Part shown: positions 1 to 7,890 of the stretch, in pieces | Position numbering within the stretch: position 1 is the stretch's first letter | Layout of the letters: each line of letters starts with the position of its first letter | Source: Eubacterium sp. | GTDB lineage: Bacteria; Bacillota; Clostridia; Christensenellales; CAG-314 | Assembly: GCA_963653425.1 (NCBI GenBank) | Contig: CAVJWC010000001.1 | Span: 55,596 to 119,595, forward strand | Length of the DNA stretch: 64,000 nt | Reading direction: 5' to 3' | The notes under the pieces: generated by a model | Database searches by the model: none | Told to the model about the DNA's origin: nothing | The model's input: the letters and a program-made list of their open reading frames with translations, nothing else | Program-made: the position numbers and the translations under genes

Positions 1-2
1 AC

Positions 3-134
3 GCTGTGGTTTCGCTTGTTGGTCGTGCGTCTCAAAAGCCCGTTGAAGGCGAAAAAGTCGTTCACGCCATCGAACTCGACGAAGTTTACGACACTTCCGA
101 AAGCCTCGAGGATTTGCTCGGAGAATTAGGTTAA
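3..134 (+). CDS. 3' end of unidentified gene (partial; continues left of window)
   Basis: Frame 3 is open from the window edge and ends ...GRASQKPVEGEKVVHAIELDEVYDTSESLEDLLGELG* (TAA 132-134). A strong terminator follows. No family recognised. Confidence 0.3.
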   Translation, partial: AVVSLVGRASQKPVEGEKVVHAIELDEVYDTSESLEDLLGELG

Positions 135-234
135 AAACCCGAATTAAGTTAAACTCGCGAAAAGTCCCGTAAAGGCAGAAATTCGCCTTGCGCAAACCTT
201 TTCGGTTGACTTAAACGAAATTATAAAGCAAACG

Positions 235-271
235 AAAAACGCCCGTAACCGTATCGGTTCAGGCGTTTTTT
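235..271. terminator. bidirectional intrinsic terminator
   Basis: aaaaACGCCcgtAACCGtatCGGTTcaGGCGTtttttt: nested GC stem flanked by an A-run and a T-run, between the converging partial CDS (+) and the PAP2 gene (-). Confidence 0.7.
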
Positions 272-342
272 AGTCTGAAAGTTTATTAAGAAGCATTCCG
301 TTCAGGGTAATATCGACAAAGAGAGTCACGCCGAAGTTTACT

Positions 343-1254
343 TTATTCCGCTTTTTCGTTCTCTTTTTTAACGAAAAGCCTGTCGGTAAATCTGAACGAG
401 AAGGGATAAATTCCCACGACGAACAGGAACATAATCGCGTATCTTACGAGTTTCAGCCAATTTGCGGCTTGACCTTGGCTTGCTATAAGCGCGAATAAAG
501 GTTTAAGTCCGAGATAAAGTCCCGTAAGAAGCGCAAGTCCTATCACCGAACGGCAGATAATCTGTCCGAGACCTTTTGCGTTTTGAAAGTTCACGTACTT
601 TCTTTCTATCTTTAAGCCTATAAGCATTCCCACCGTCATTCCGTAGCCGGCAAAAATATCTCCCTGCGTGTTTGCGAAAAAGTCCACGAAAAGAGGCATA
701 ATCAGAAACGGAAGCGGAACCGTCAGTAAAAGCACGGCGAGAAGTTTTTCGTGCTTTCTTGCAAAAGACGGAATAACGAAAGCGCAGAAGATTCCCAGAA
801 GAGCGCCTACGAGAACGTCCGTCGCGTAATGCGCGCCGAGATAGTTTCTCGAAAACATTATAAGAATCGTCATAACCGTAGCTAAAACGTAAAAGACTTT
901 CTTTTTGAAGTAATCCGCGAAAGAGAAGTACAGAAATGCGCCGTTCTGCGAATGTCCGCTCGGGAAACTGAAACCGTCTACGGGTTTAAGTATTTTTACC
1001 TGATTTGAAGCCGTCCAGGGGCGGGGCCTTTGAACGATATTCTTTATAACGCAGTTAAGCGAACACGAAGCGCACGCCGCAAGTCCGAGGTATACGGCTG
1101 TCTTTTTGTCGAAAGCCCAGTAAAAAACGCAGAAAACCGCTGCGATTACCAGTTCTTCGCCGAAAAATGTGAATATTCTGTTCAATATATACAGCAACGA
1201 GCCTTCCTGTCCGAGACTTTGAAGCCATACGATAAAATTGATTTCCCAAAGCAT
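343..1254 (-). CDS. PAP2-family membrane phosphatase
   Basis: PAP2 motifs VQRPRPW, PSGHS and SRNYLGAHYATD, plus several TM segments. The ORF-track start at 1299 is a GTG. The ATG at 1254 (MLWEINF...) has GAGGAG 6 nt upstream and is preferred. Confidence 0.85.
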   Translation of the reverse strand: MLWEINFIVWLQSLGQEGSLLYILNRIFTFFGEELVIAAVFCVFYWAFDKKTAVYLGLAACASCSLNCVIKNIVQRPRPWTASNQVKILKPVDGFSFPSGHSQNGAFLYFSFADYFKKKVFYVLATVMTILIMFSRNYLGAHYATDVLVGALLGIFCAFVIPSFARKHEKLLAVLLLTVPLPFLIMPLFVDFFANTQGDIFAGYGMTVGMLIGLKIERKYVNFQNAKGLGQIICRSVIGLALLTGLYLGLKPLFALIASQGQAANWLKLVRYAIMFLFVVGIYPFSFRFTDRLFVKKENEKAE

Positions 1255-1435
1255 AATTTTCTCCTCGATAGCGGGGCTGATATAATAAGGTGTAATCACG
1301 CAGATATTTCAGTTGTGCAGACGTTGCTTTTTATGGTCTTTTAAGACAATCCCGTTTTCTGCGTAGCTTTGCGCAGAGGTTCTTTCCGCAAAGGCAATGG
1401 TGCTTTTTCAAACTCTGCGCTTGTAATGAATTTTT

Positions 1436-1477
1436 ATAAACGAAAAACGCCCTACCCCGAAAGACGGGATAAGGCGT
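1436..1477 (-). terminator. intrinsic terminator of rpmB
   Basis: Hairpin ACGCCTTATCCCG-tctt-CGGGGTAGGGCGT on the minus strand, followed by TTTTT. The two imperfect pairs are G-U on the minus transcript but C-A on the plus transcript, so it is oriented for rpmB. Confidence 0.7.
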
Positions 1478-1489
1478 AAAAACCAAAAG

Positions 1490-1678
1490 TTATCTTGCGG
1501 CTTTATGGGCAGTTCTCAGGCAGCGAGTACAAACGTATTCGTTCGTCTGTTTACCGTTGATCTCGATTCTTACCTTCTGCACGTTAGCACTCCAAGTATG
1601 GGGAGTTCTTCTGTTTGAGTGGCTGACTCTGTTGCCCGCCATTTTGCTTTTTCCGCAGATAGCGCAAACTCTTGACAT
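1490..1678 (-). CDS. rpmB: 50S ribosomal protein L28
   Basis: 62 aa, MSRVCAICGKSKMAGNRVSHSNRRT...: canonical L28 N-terminus and size. Confidence 0.95.
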   Translation of the reverse strand: MSRVCAICGKSKMAGNRVSHSNRRTPHTWSANVQKVRIEINGKQTNEYVCTRCLRTAHKAAR

Positions 1679-2046
1679 CTCTTAACACCTCCTGTATGAA
1701 CCGTCTTATTCAGCTTGTCTATTGTACCACTTTTTTATGGTTTTGGCAAACGTTTTGACTAACCTTTTGGGAGAAAATCCGTTTTTTTTGTGCTTTTGAC
1801 GCAGACTCTCGGCGTTTATAAGCCTATATGCCTTTTGGGCAGAAATGCCTTAAGGAATTCGTATCGGTATTAAAAACTTAATTTTCAGGTAACATAAAAG
1901 TATAAAATATAGAAAAAGATGCATTTATACGGAAATTTCAAGTCGCTTATACATTTTTATAAGCGAACCGATGTTTTATTATATTGAATTTACGGTTGAA
2001 ATTGCATTAAAAACCGCTCGTTTTTTTGTGAAAGGGTTGAATTTAG

Positions 2047-2075
2047 TTGTAAAACTCGGCTGAATGCTGTATAAT
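2047..2075 (+). promoter_or_regulatory. sigmaA-type promoter for the asp23-DAK2 operon
   Basis: TTGTAA (2047-2052), 17 nt spacer, TATAAT (2070-2075), 32 nt upstream of the asp23 ATG. Confidence 0.5.
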
Positions 2076-2106
2076 GTACAGGTAGTAGTATGCAACGGAG
2101 GGAAAA

Positions 2107-2457
2107 ATGCCGCTCATAACGTCTAACGCTTACGGAAAGATTTCGGTTACAGATGAAGTGGTTGCGTCCATCGCAGGCAGACTTGCGATGGAGTGTTACG
2201 GAGTAGTGCAGTTACTCCCTCGGAAGCTCACGGATACGCTTGCGGACATATTCAAACATGCAAGCGAAGGCAGGGGCGTTCGTATCGTCTCGAAAGGAGA
2301 CAGAGTTTATATCGATCTTTACGTTATATTAAAGATGGGTACTTCTCTGAACGCGGTTGCCGACTCCCTTAAAAGTTCGATAAAGTACGGCGTTGAAAAT
2401 TTTACCGGAATGATAGTCGAAACGGTCAACGTTCATATAATGGGAGTGAGCTTATAG
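2107..2457 (+). CDS. Asp23/Gls24 family protein (YloU-like)
   Basis: 116 aa, GKISVTDEVVASIAGRLAMECYGVV...VHIMGV is typical Asp23. It sits next to a DAK2 gene and opposite rpmB, as in the Bacillus yloU-yloV locus. RBS GGAGGG. Confidence 0.9.
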   Translation: MPLITSNAYGKISVTDEVVASIAGRLAMECYGVVQLLPRKLTDTLADIFKHASEGRGVRIVSKGDRVYIDLYVILKMGTSLNAVADSLKSSIKYGVENFTGMIVETVNVHIMGVSL

Positions 2458-2484
2458 CGACGTACTGCAAGGAGAGACGTAAAC

Positions 2485-4149
2485 ATGGCTGTCAATAAAG
2501 CTGATTGTATAATAACGCCTGCTATACTTAAGAGAATGATAATAGCCGGCGGCAAGTTACTCGAGATAAACAAACAAACCGTAGACTCGCTCAACGTATT
2601 CCCCGTTCCCGACGGAGACACCGGAACGAATATGTCGCTGACTTTGAGATCTGCCGTTAAAGAGATTTACACCGTCTCGGGCAACGATATGGAAGAAATC
2701 GCAAAGAAGCTTTCTTCGGGCGCTTTGAAGGGCGCGAGAGGAAATTCGGGCGTAATTCTTTCTCAGATATTCAAAGGATTTTCCGCGGTTATAATGACCG
2801 AAAAGGAAATAACTCCCAAAATCTTCGCAAAGGGACTTGCAAGCGGTGTGAAAGTAGCTTACGACGCGGTTGCAAAGCCCAAAGAAGGAACGATACTTAC
2901 CGTCGCGAGAGTTATGGCTGAGCAGGCTGCAGAGTTTGCCAAAAAGCCTATAACCATGGCTGATTTCCTTAAAAAGGTCATTGCCGTTGGCGAAGACACT
3001 CTCAGTAAGACTCCCGATATGCTGGACGTTCTTAAAAAAGCGGGCGTCGTAGACAGTGGCGGATACGGTCTTCTCGTTATATTCAAAGGCTTCCTTATGG
3101 GATATAACGACGAAGAGATAACGGGTGCGGAAGATTATAATCCCGCGGCTTCGACGATGGTTCAGAACGCCGAAAACAACATGGACGCCTATATCGATTA
3201 CGAACTTCTCGAAGACATAGAATTCGCTTATTGTACCGAATTCTTCGTAATCAACCTCTATAAGAAGACTTTGCTTTCCGATATAGATAAACTTCGCGAA
3301 AAACTCATGTCCATAGGCGACAGCGTGGTAGTAGTGGGAGATTTATCCTTTATCAAAGTTCACGTTCACACCAACAATCCCGGTACGGCTCTTCAGTACG
3401 CGCTGGAACTCGGGGAACTCGATAAACTCAAGATCGAGAACATGAAAGAACAGAACAGACAGCTCAAAGCGAAGTTCGACGCCGAAAAGAAACCCGTGGG
3501 TATGCTTGCTATATGCGCGGGCGACGGATTCAGGGATATATTCAAAGACCTTCTCGTCGATCAGATTATAGAAGGCGGTCAGACCATGAATCCCAGCGCG
3601 GACGATATTGCTCAGGCGATCAAGAAGATCAACGCCGAAAGCGTTATCGTTATGCCCAACAACAAGAACATAATTCTTGCTGCGGAACAGGCGAGAGGAC
3701 TTATCACCAACAAACAGGTATACGTAGTTCCCACCAAGAACATCCCGCAGGGACTTGCGGCTACGCTTGCCTTCAATCCCGACGCTTCCGTTCAGGAAAA
3801 CCTCAATATGATGAACAATGCCATCCCGACGGTCAAAACGGGTTCGGTTACCTTTGCTGTCAGATCTTCCGCAATGGACGGTCTTACGGTCAACGAAGGC
3901 GACATCATCGGATTGGACGGCAACAAGATCGTCAACAAGGGCGATACCGTTAACGAAGTAACCAAGACTCTCGTCAGCGATATAGCCGACGAAGACAGCG
4001 AAGTTCTTACGCTTTATTACGGAAGCGACGTTACCGAACAGCAGGCGGAAGAGCTTGCCGACGATTTGAGAGAAACTTATCCCGATATGGAAGTCGACGT
4101 ACATTACGGCGGACAACCGCTGTATTACTACATCTTCTCGTTGGAGTAA
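2485..4149 (+). CDS. DAK2 domain-containing protein (YloV-like)
   Basis: 554 aa. N-terminus LNVFPVPDGDTGTNM...ARGNSGVILSQ is the Dak2 phosphate-binding motif set. Conserved synteny with asp23. Confidence 0.9.
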   Translation: MAVNKADCIITPAILKRMIIAGGKLLEINKQTVDSLNVFPVPDGDTGTNMSLTLRSAVKEIYTVSGNDMEEIAKKLSSGALKGARGNSGVILSQIFKGFSAVIMTEKEITPKIFAKGLASGVKVAYDAVAKPKEGTILTVARVMAEQAAEFAKKPITMADFLKKVIAVGEDTLSKTPDMLDVLKKAGVVDSGGYGLLVIFKGFLMGYNDEEITGAEDYNPAASTMVQNAENNMDAYIDYELLEDIEFAYCTEFFVINLYKKTLLSDIDKLREKLMSIGDSVVVVGDLSFIKVHVHTNNPGTALQYALELGELDKLKIENMKEQNRQLKAKFDAEKKPVGMLAICAGDGFRDIFKDLLVDQIIEGGQTMNPSADDIAQAIKKINAESVIVMPNNKNIILAAEQARGLITNKQVYVVPTKNIPQGLAATLAFNPDASVQENLNMMNNAIPTVKTGSVTFAVRSSAMDGLTVNEGDIIGLDGNKIVNKGDTVNEVTKTLVSDIADEDSEVLTLYYGSDVTEQQAEELADDLRETYPDMEVDVHYGGQPLYYYIFSLE

Positions 4150-4209
4150 GGTTTTCGGAGTAAAACGAAAAGGCGCGGAGAGGCTTTTGCCTCTTCGCAA
4201 AGAAAATCA

Positions 4210-4617
4210 ATGGAAAAAGAATGTAAAGTAAGATTGACCAGCAGTGTACTTGGCGACGGCGAGGGTATGGAACTGTTGTCTGCGGGCGTCTGGCGCGAAG
4301 ATAACGGCGTCTGTTCGATAGAATACGAAGAAATAGGCGAAGAAGGCAACCAAAATACTCTCAATAAAATCGTGGTTTCGGGCGACGTTGTTTCGATTTC
4401 GAGACTGGGCGAACACTCGTCGACCATGGTTTTTCGTCAGGGAAAGACTTCCGATACTTATATCGAAACTCCGTACGGAAACATTCCGCTTTCGATATAT
4501 TCTCAGAAGGTTAATTTTGTCAGAAACGATAAAAGCGCAACGCTTGATCTTGTTTATTCGTTTGATTTGTCGGGGCAATTGGGAAACAACGAATTGCGCC
4601 TTTCGGTTGAATATTGA
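4210..4617 (+). CDS. DUF1934 (YwiB-like) beta-barrel protein
   Basis: 135 aa. The pattern ...IEYEE...NKIVVSGDVVSISRLGEHSSTMVFRQGK...YETPYG... matches my memory of DUF1934/YwiB. Weak RBS. Confidence 0.65.
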   Translation: MEKECKVRLTSSVLGDGEGMELLSAGVWREDNGVCSIEYEEIGEEGNQNTLNKIVVSGDVVSISRLGEHSSTMVFRQGKTSDTYIETPYGNIPLSIYSQKVNFVRNDKSATLDLVYSFDLSGQLGNNELRLSVEY

Positions 4618-4658
4618 ATAAAATCACCCGTGCGGTGAATTAAGAGGTATATGATTAT

Positions 4659-5315
4659 ATGAAGATTAAGTGGCGTGGTCATTCATGTTTTGAATTGATT
4701 TCGGACAGCGGAACGGTCGTTCTGACCGATCCGTTCGACGAGAGCGTAGGACTTCCCGTGGAGCGCGGTATAAAAGCCGACGTCGTTACGGTAAGTCATA
4801 ATCACGGAGACCATAATTTTCTTGAAATCGTCAAAGAAGGCTTTCTTCTCGTAAACGAAGAGGGCGAAACTACGTTCGGAAACACTGAAATTAAGGGTAT
4901 AAGGTGTTTCCACGACGACTGCGAAGGAAAGAAACGCGGCGAAAACATAATTTTTTTAATTACTCTGGACGGCGTCGTAATTTGTCATATGGGCGACGTC
5001 GGTGAAAAACCCGAACCTTTCCTTATCGAAAAGATAGGAAAAGTCGACGTTTTATTGATACCGGTGGGCGGTTTTTATACGGTAGAACCGAGCGTCGCGA
5101 AGGAATACGTGGACCTTATTAAGCCCAAGAAGGTTATTCCCATGCACTATAAGACTCGGAAGTGCAGATACGATATAAAGGAAGCGGGTGTTTTTCTCGA
5201 TATTTGTAAAGATTATAATGCGGTTTATACAGGGAGCAACGAAGTATCTTTTACGGCTGAATCGCTGAAAAATTCGAAAGGAACGGAAATAATCGTTCTC
5301 GGCGGAGATTTTTAA
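4659..5315 (+). CDS. MBL-fold metallo-hydrolase
   Basis: 218 aa, KWRGHSCFEL...VSHNHGDHN (HxHxDH motif). RBS AAGAGG. Confidence 0.85.
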   Translation: MKIKWRGHSCFELISDSGTVVLTDPFDESVGLPVERGIKADVVTVSHNHGDHNFLEIVKEGFLLVNEEGETTFGNTEIKGIRCFHDDCEGKKRGENIIFLITLDGVVICHMGDVGEKPEPFLIEKIGKVDVLLIPVGGFYTVEPSVAKEYVDLIKPKKVIPMHYKTRKCRYDIKEAGVFLDICKDYNAVYTGSNEVSFTAESLKNSKGTEIIVLGGDF

Positions 5316-5617
5316 AAACGAAAACAATATATAAAAATATACAGATTTTTCAAAAATGTCTTAATAGTCGTTCCGTCGGTTATTGCGGGTTATTTATGTA
5401 TTAAAAGCGTTTATTGCCGTAACCTGCGATAAATAACGTAACGAAAGTAATGCTTCGGGGGGGAGTGTAATCACATGCAGGATGAGTGTAAGATTCTGTC
5501 TTACATATGGCATAGGTGTAGACTTTGAGTTATTCCTCACGTAGTTTTATCCGCAGATTGTTTTATGCGTTGCGGATGACTGATTAAAAATAAGATTTTT
5601 TATCTCGGGAGATTAAA

Positions 5618-7468
5618 ATGAAATATACGGAAATTGAATTAAGAGAAAAAACTTTAACCGAACTCAGAAAAATAGGCGGTTCCGTTGGCGTTGCCAAATA
5701 CAGCAGAAAGCAGGCGGAAGAACTTATCAGCCTTATTCTTGCCATTCAGGAAGGCGAGGTAGAACCTGCCGTTATGAAACGCGGACGTCCGAGGAAAGAC
5801 GCTCATTCTCAGTCGGACTTTTTGCAGGAACAGAAAAAAGAGAGTAGAAAATCGGTTGCGGAAGTTTCTCAGCCCGTACAGAGAGTTACGGTCTATCCGA
5901 CCAAGCCTCAGATTCGCGATTTTACCGAAGAAAATCAGAGAAGAAACGAAGGCTGTATAGATTTCAGAAACAACGGCGAGAACGGCGGAAATTACCAGAA
6001 CCGTCAGAAAGTCGGCTCTTACGACGATTACGTAAATTCGCGGATAGTTCAGCCCAAACAGCCTAAAAGAGATCCTCTCCGTCAGAAATCTTCGGGCGAC
6101 TGGAAAATCAAAACTCCCGATGGAACTGAAAAAACCGTTGCCGAGCAGACGGACAGAAGTCAGAACGTTCAGGACGGCATAAAGAACTTCGACGTCGCGG
6201 ACGGTTATCAGAATCCCGCCAAGTCCGATAATTACGAAGGTCAATCCGTATCTTACGGCGAAGAGAGTTGGAGAGAGAGCAGAAAGCCGATAAAATACGA
6301 AGAATCTTTTGACGTTCAGCAGGATTTCGACGTTTCGGGAATAGTAGAAGTAATGCCCGACGGATACGGCCTTTTAAGAACGGTAAACTATTATCCGTCC
6401 GACGCAGACGTTTATATTCCCGCAATGCAGATCAAGCGTTTCCAGCTCAGAAACGGCGATAAACTTAACGTCCGCGCAAGACCTTTCCCCAACAACAGAT
6501 ACCCTTCGGCTATATTCATTTACTCAATCAACGACGTTCCCTGCGATCAGCTTACCGCACGCGTGAATTTCGAAGATCTGACGCCCATATATCCGATGGA
6601 AAGAATAAGACTTGAAGACGGTCAGCATCAGTTCGACGTGGCTTTAAGAGCGATAGACCTCGTTTCTCCCATAGGAAGAGGACAGAGAGGACTTATCGTT
6701 TCTCCGCCAAAGGCAGGTAAGACGGTTCTTTTGAAGAGCATAGCTCAGGCAATACTCAGAAACTACGACGATATTCACGTTATCATACTTCTCGTGGACG
6801 AGCGCCCGGAAGAAGTCACGGATATAAGAGAAAGCGTAGACGGAGCGGAGATAGTTTATTCCACCTTCGATATGACTCCCGAACACCACACGAAAGTTGC
6901 CGAACTCGTAATGCAGAGAGCAAAGAGAATGGTGGAAATCGGAAAGCACGTGGTTATATTGCTCGACAGTATCACTCGTCTTTCGAGGGCTTACAATCAG
7001 GTTACCGAACAGACGGGAAAGACTCTTACGGGCGGTCTTGACAGCGCGGCGCTTTACGAACCCAAGAGATTCTTCGGCGCGGCAAGAAACATCAAGGGCG
7101 GAGGAAGCCTTACCGTTATAGCGACGGCTCTCGTGGATACGGGAAGCAAGATGGACGATATAATCTACGAAGAATTCAAAGGCACGGGCAATATGGAAAT
7201 TCACCTGAGCAGAAAGATGTCCGAAAGAAGAATTTTCCCGGCAATCGACCTGAATAAGAGCGGAACGCGCAGAGAGGAATTGCTTCTTAACGCCAACGAA
7301 CAGGAAGGAATGTGGATTTTAAGACGTATTCTTTCCAAAGCCGACAACGCCGACGCAACCGAAAAGATTCTGGATATGCTTCTTGCAACCAAAACCAACG
7401 AGGAATTCCTCGAATACGTCCGTTCAAAAATCGGTACGAAGCAAAACAAACCCAATCCTACGCTATAA
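5618..7468 (+). CDS. rho: transcription termination factor Rho with ~190-aa N-terminal insertion domain
   Basis: Rho_N helix bundle (aa 1-45), CSD-like [14 protein letters not shown] at aa 241, Walker A SPPKAGKT, Rho C-terminal ATPase motifs. 616 aa against about 420 for minimal Rho. Confidence 0.95.
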   Translation: MKYTEIELREKTLTELRKIGGSVGVAKYSRKQAEELISLILAIQEGEVEPAVMKRGRPRKDAHSQSDFLQEQKKESRKSVAEVSQPVQRVTVYPTKPQIRDFTEENQRRNEGCIDFRNNGENGGNYQNRQKVGSYDDYVNSRIVQPKQPKRDPLRQKSSGDWKIKTPDGTEKTVAEQTDRSQNVQDGIKNFDVADGYQNPAKSDNYEGQSVSYGEESWRESRKPIKYEESFDVQQDFDVSGIVEVMPDGYGLLRTVNYYPSDADVYIPAMQIKRFQLRNGDKLNVRARPFPNNRYPSAIFIYSINDVPCDQLTARVNFEDLTPIYPMERIRLEDGQHQFDVALRAIDLVSPIGRGQRGLIVSPPKAGKTVLLKSIAQAILRNYDDIHVIILLVDERPEEVTDIRESVDGAEIVYSTFDMTPEHHTKVAELVMQRAKRMVEIGKHVVILLDSITRLSRAYNQVTEQTGKTLTGGLDSAALYEPKRFFGAARNIKGGGSLTVIATALVDTGSKMDDIIYEEFKGTGNMEIHLSRKMSERRIFPAIDLNKSGTRREELLLNANEQEGMWILRRILSKADNADATEKILDMLLATKTNEEFLEYVRSKIGTKQNKPNPTL

Positions 7469-7573
7469 ACTTACAGCGTAAAATATGACGCTATAAACTT
7501 ATAGTGCAGAATATGACGATAGATAATGAAACTATAATTCCCTACAGGGCTTTCAGCCCAAACACCGACCCAA

Positions 7574-7607
7574 AACCGCAACGCCCGAAATCGTTGCGGT
7601 TTTTTTT
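7574..7607 (+). terminator. intrinsic terminator downstream of rho
   Basis: AACCGCAACG-cccgaaat-CGTTGCGGTT followed by TTTTTTT. Confidence 0.85.
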
Positions 7608-7681
7608 GCCGAATTCAGACTTTTATTTGCGTTTGTTCTTTCCGCATTTTTCAGGAAATTTGCGGAAAAAAGCTATTTCTG

Positions 7682-7710
7682 TTGCATTATTTTTTGATTT
7701 ATGATATTAT
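7682..7710 (+). promoter_or_regulatory. sigmaA-type promoter for the heptad-repeat protein gene
   Basis: TTGCAT (7682-7687), 17 nt spacer, TATTAT (7705-7710). This implies a ~170-nt leader. Confidence 0.5.
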
Positions 7711-7890
7711 ATAGGTCATACGGAGAGGTATCCGTAAAAGGGTTGACGTTTCGGGCTTTTATCCGATTGTTTTCAGGCGCGTCGCGCGCCGGACGTTATA
7801 CCGTCGCATTTGGGGGAAGAACGGCGGAATATCGGTAAAATTACGGACAGGGCTATACAGCGAAACGTCTCATGGAAATGAGGATTAAAA

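Noticed and set aside
7460-7515. Diversity-generating retroelement (VR/TR) explanation for duplicated gene 3' ends (also 44386-44442 and 58595-58706).
   Set aside because: The units are only about 28 bp, whereas I recall DGR repeats as roughly 100-150 bp. The differences are not adenine-specific (C>T, T>C and A>G mixed). The period is not a multiple of 3. No reverse transcriptase or accessory gene is present.
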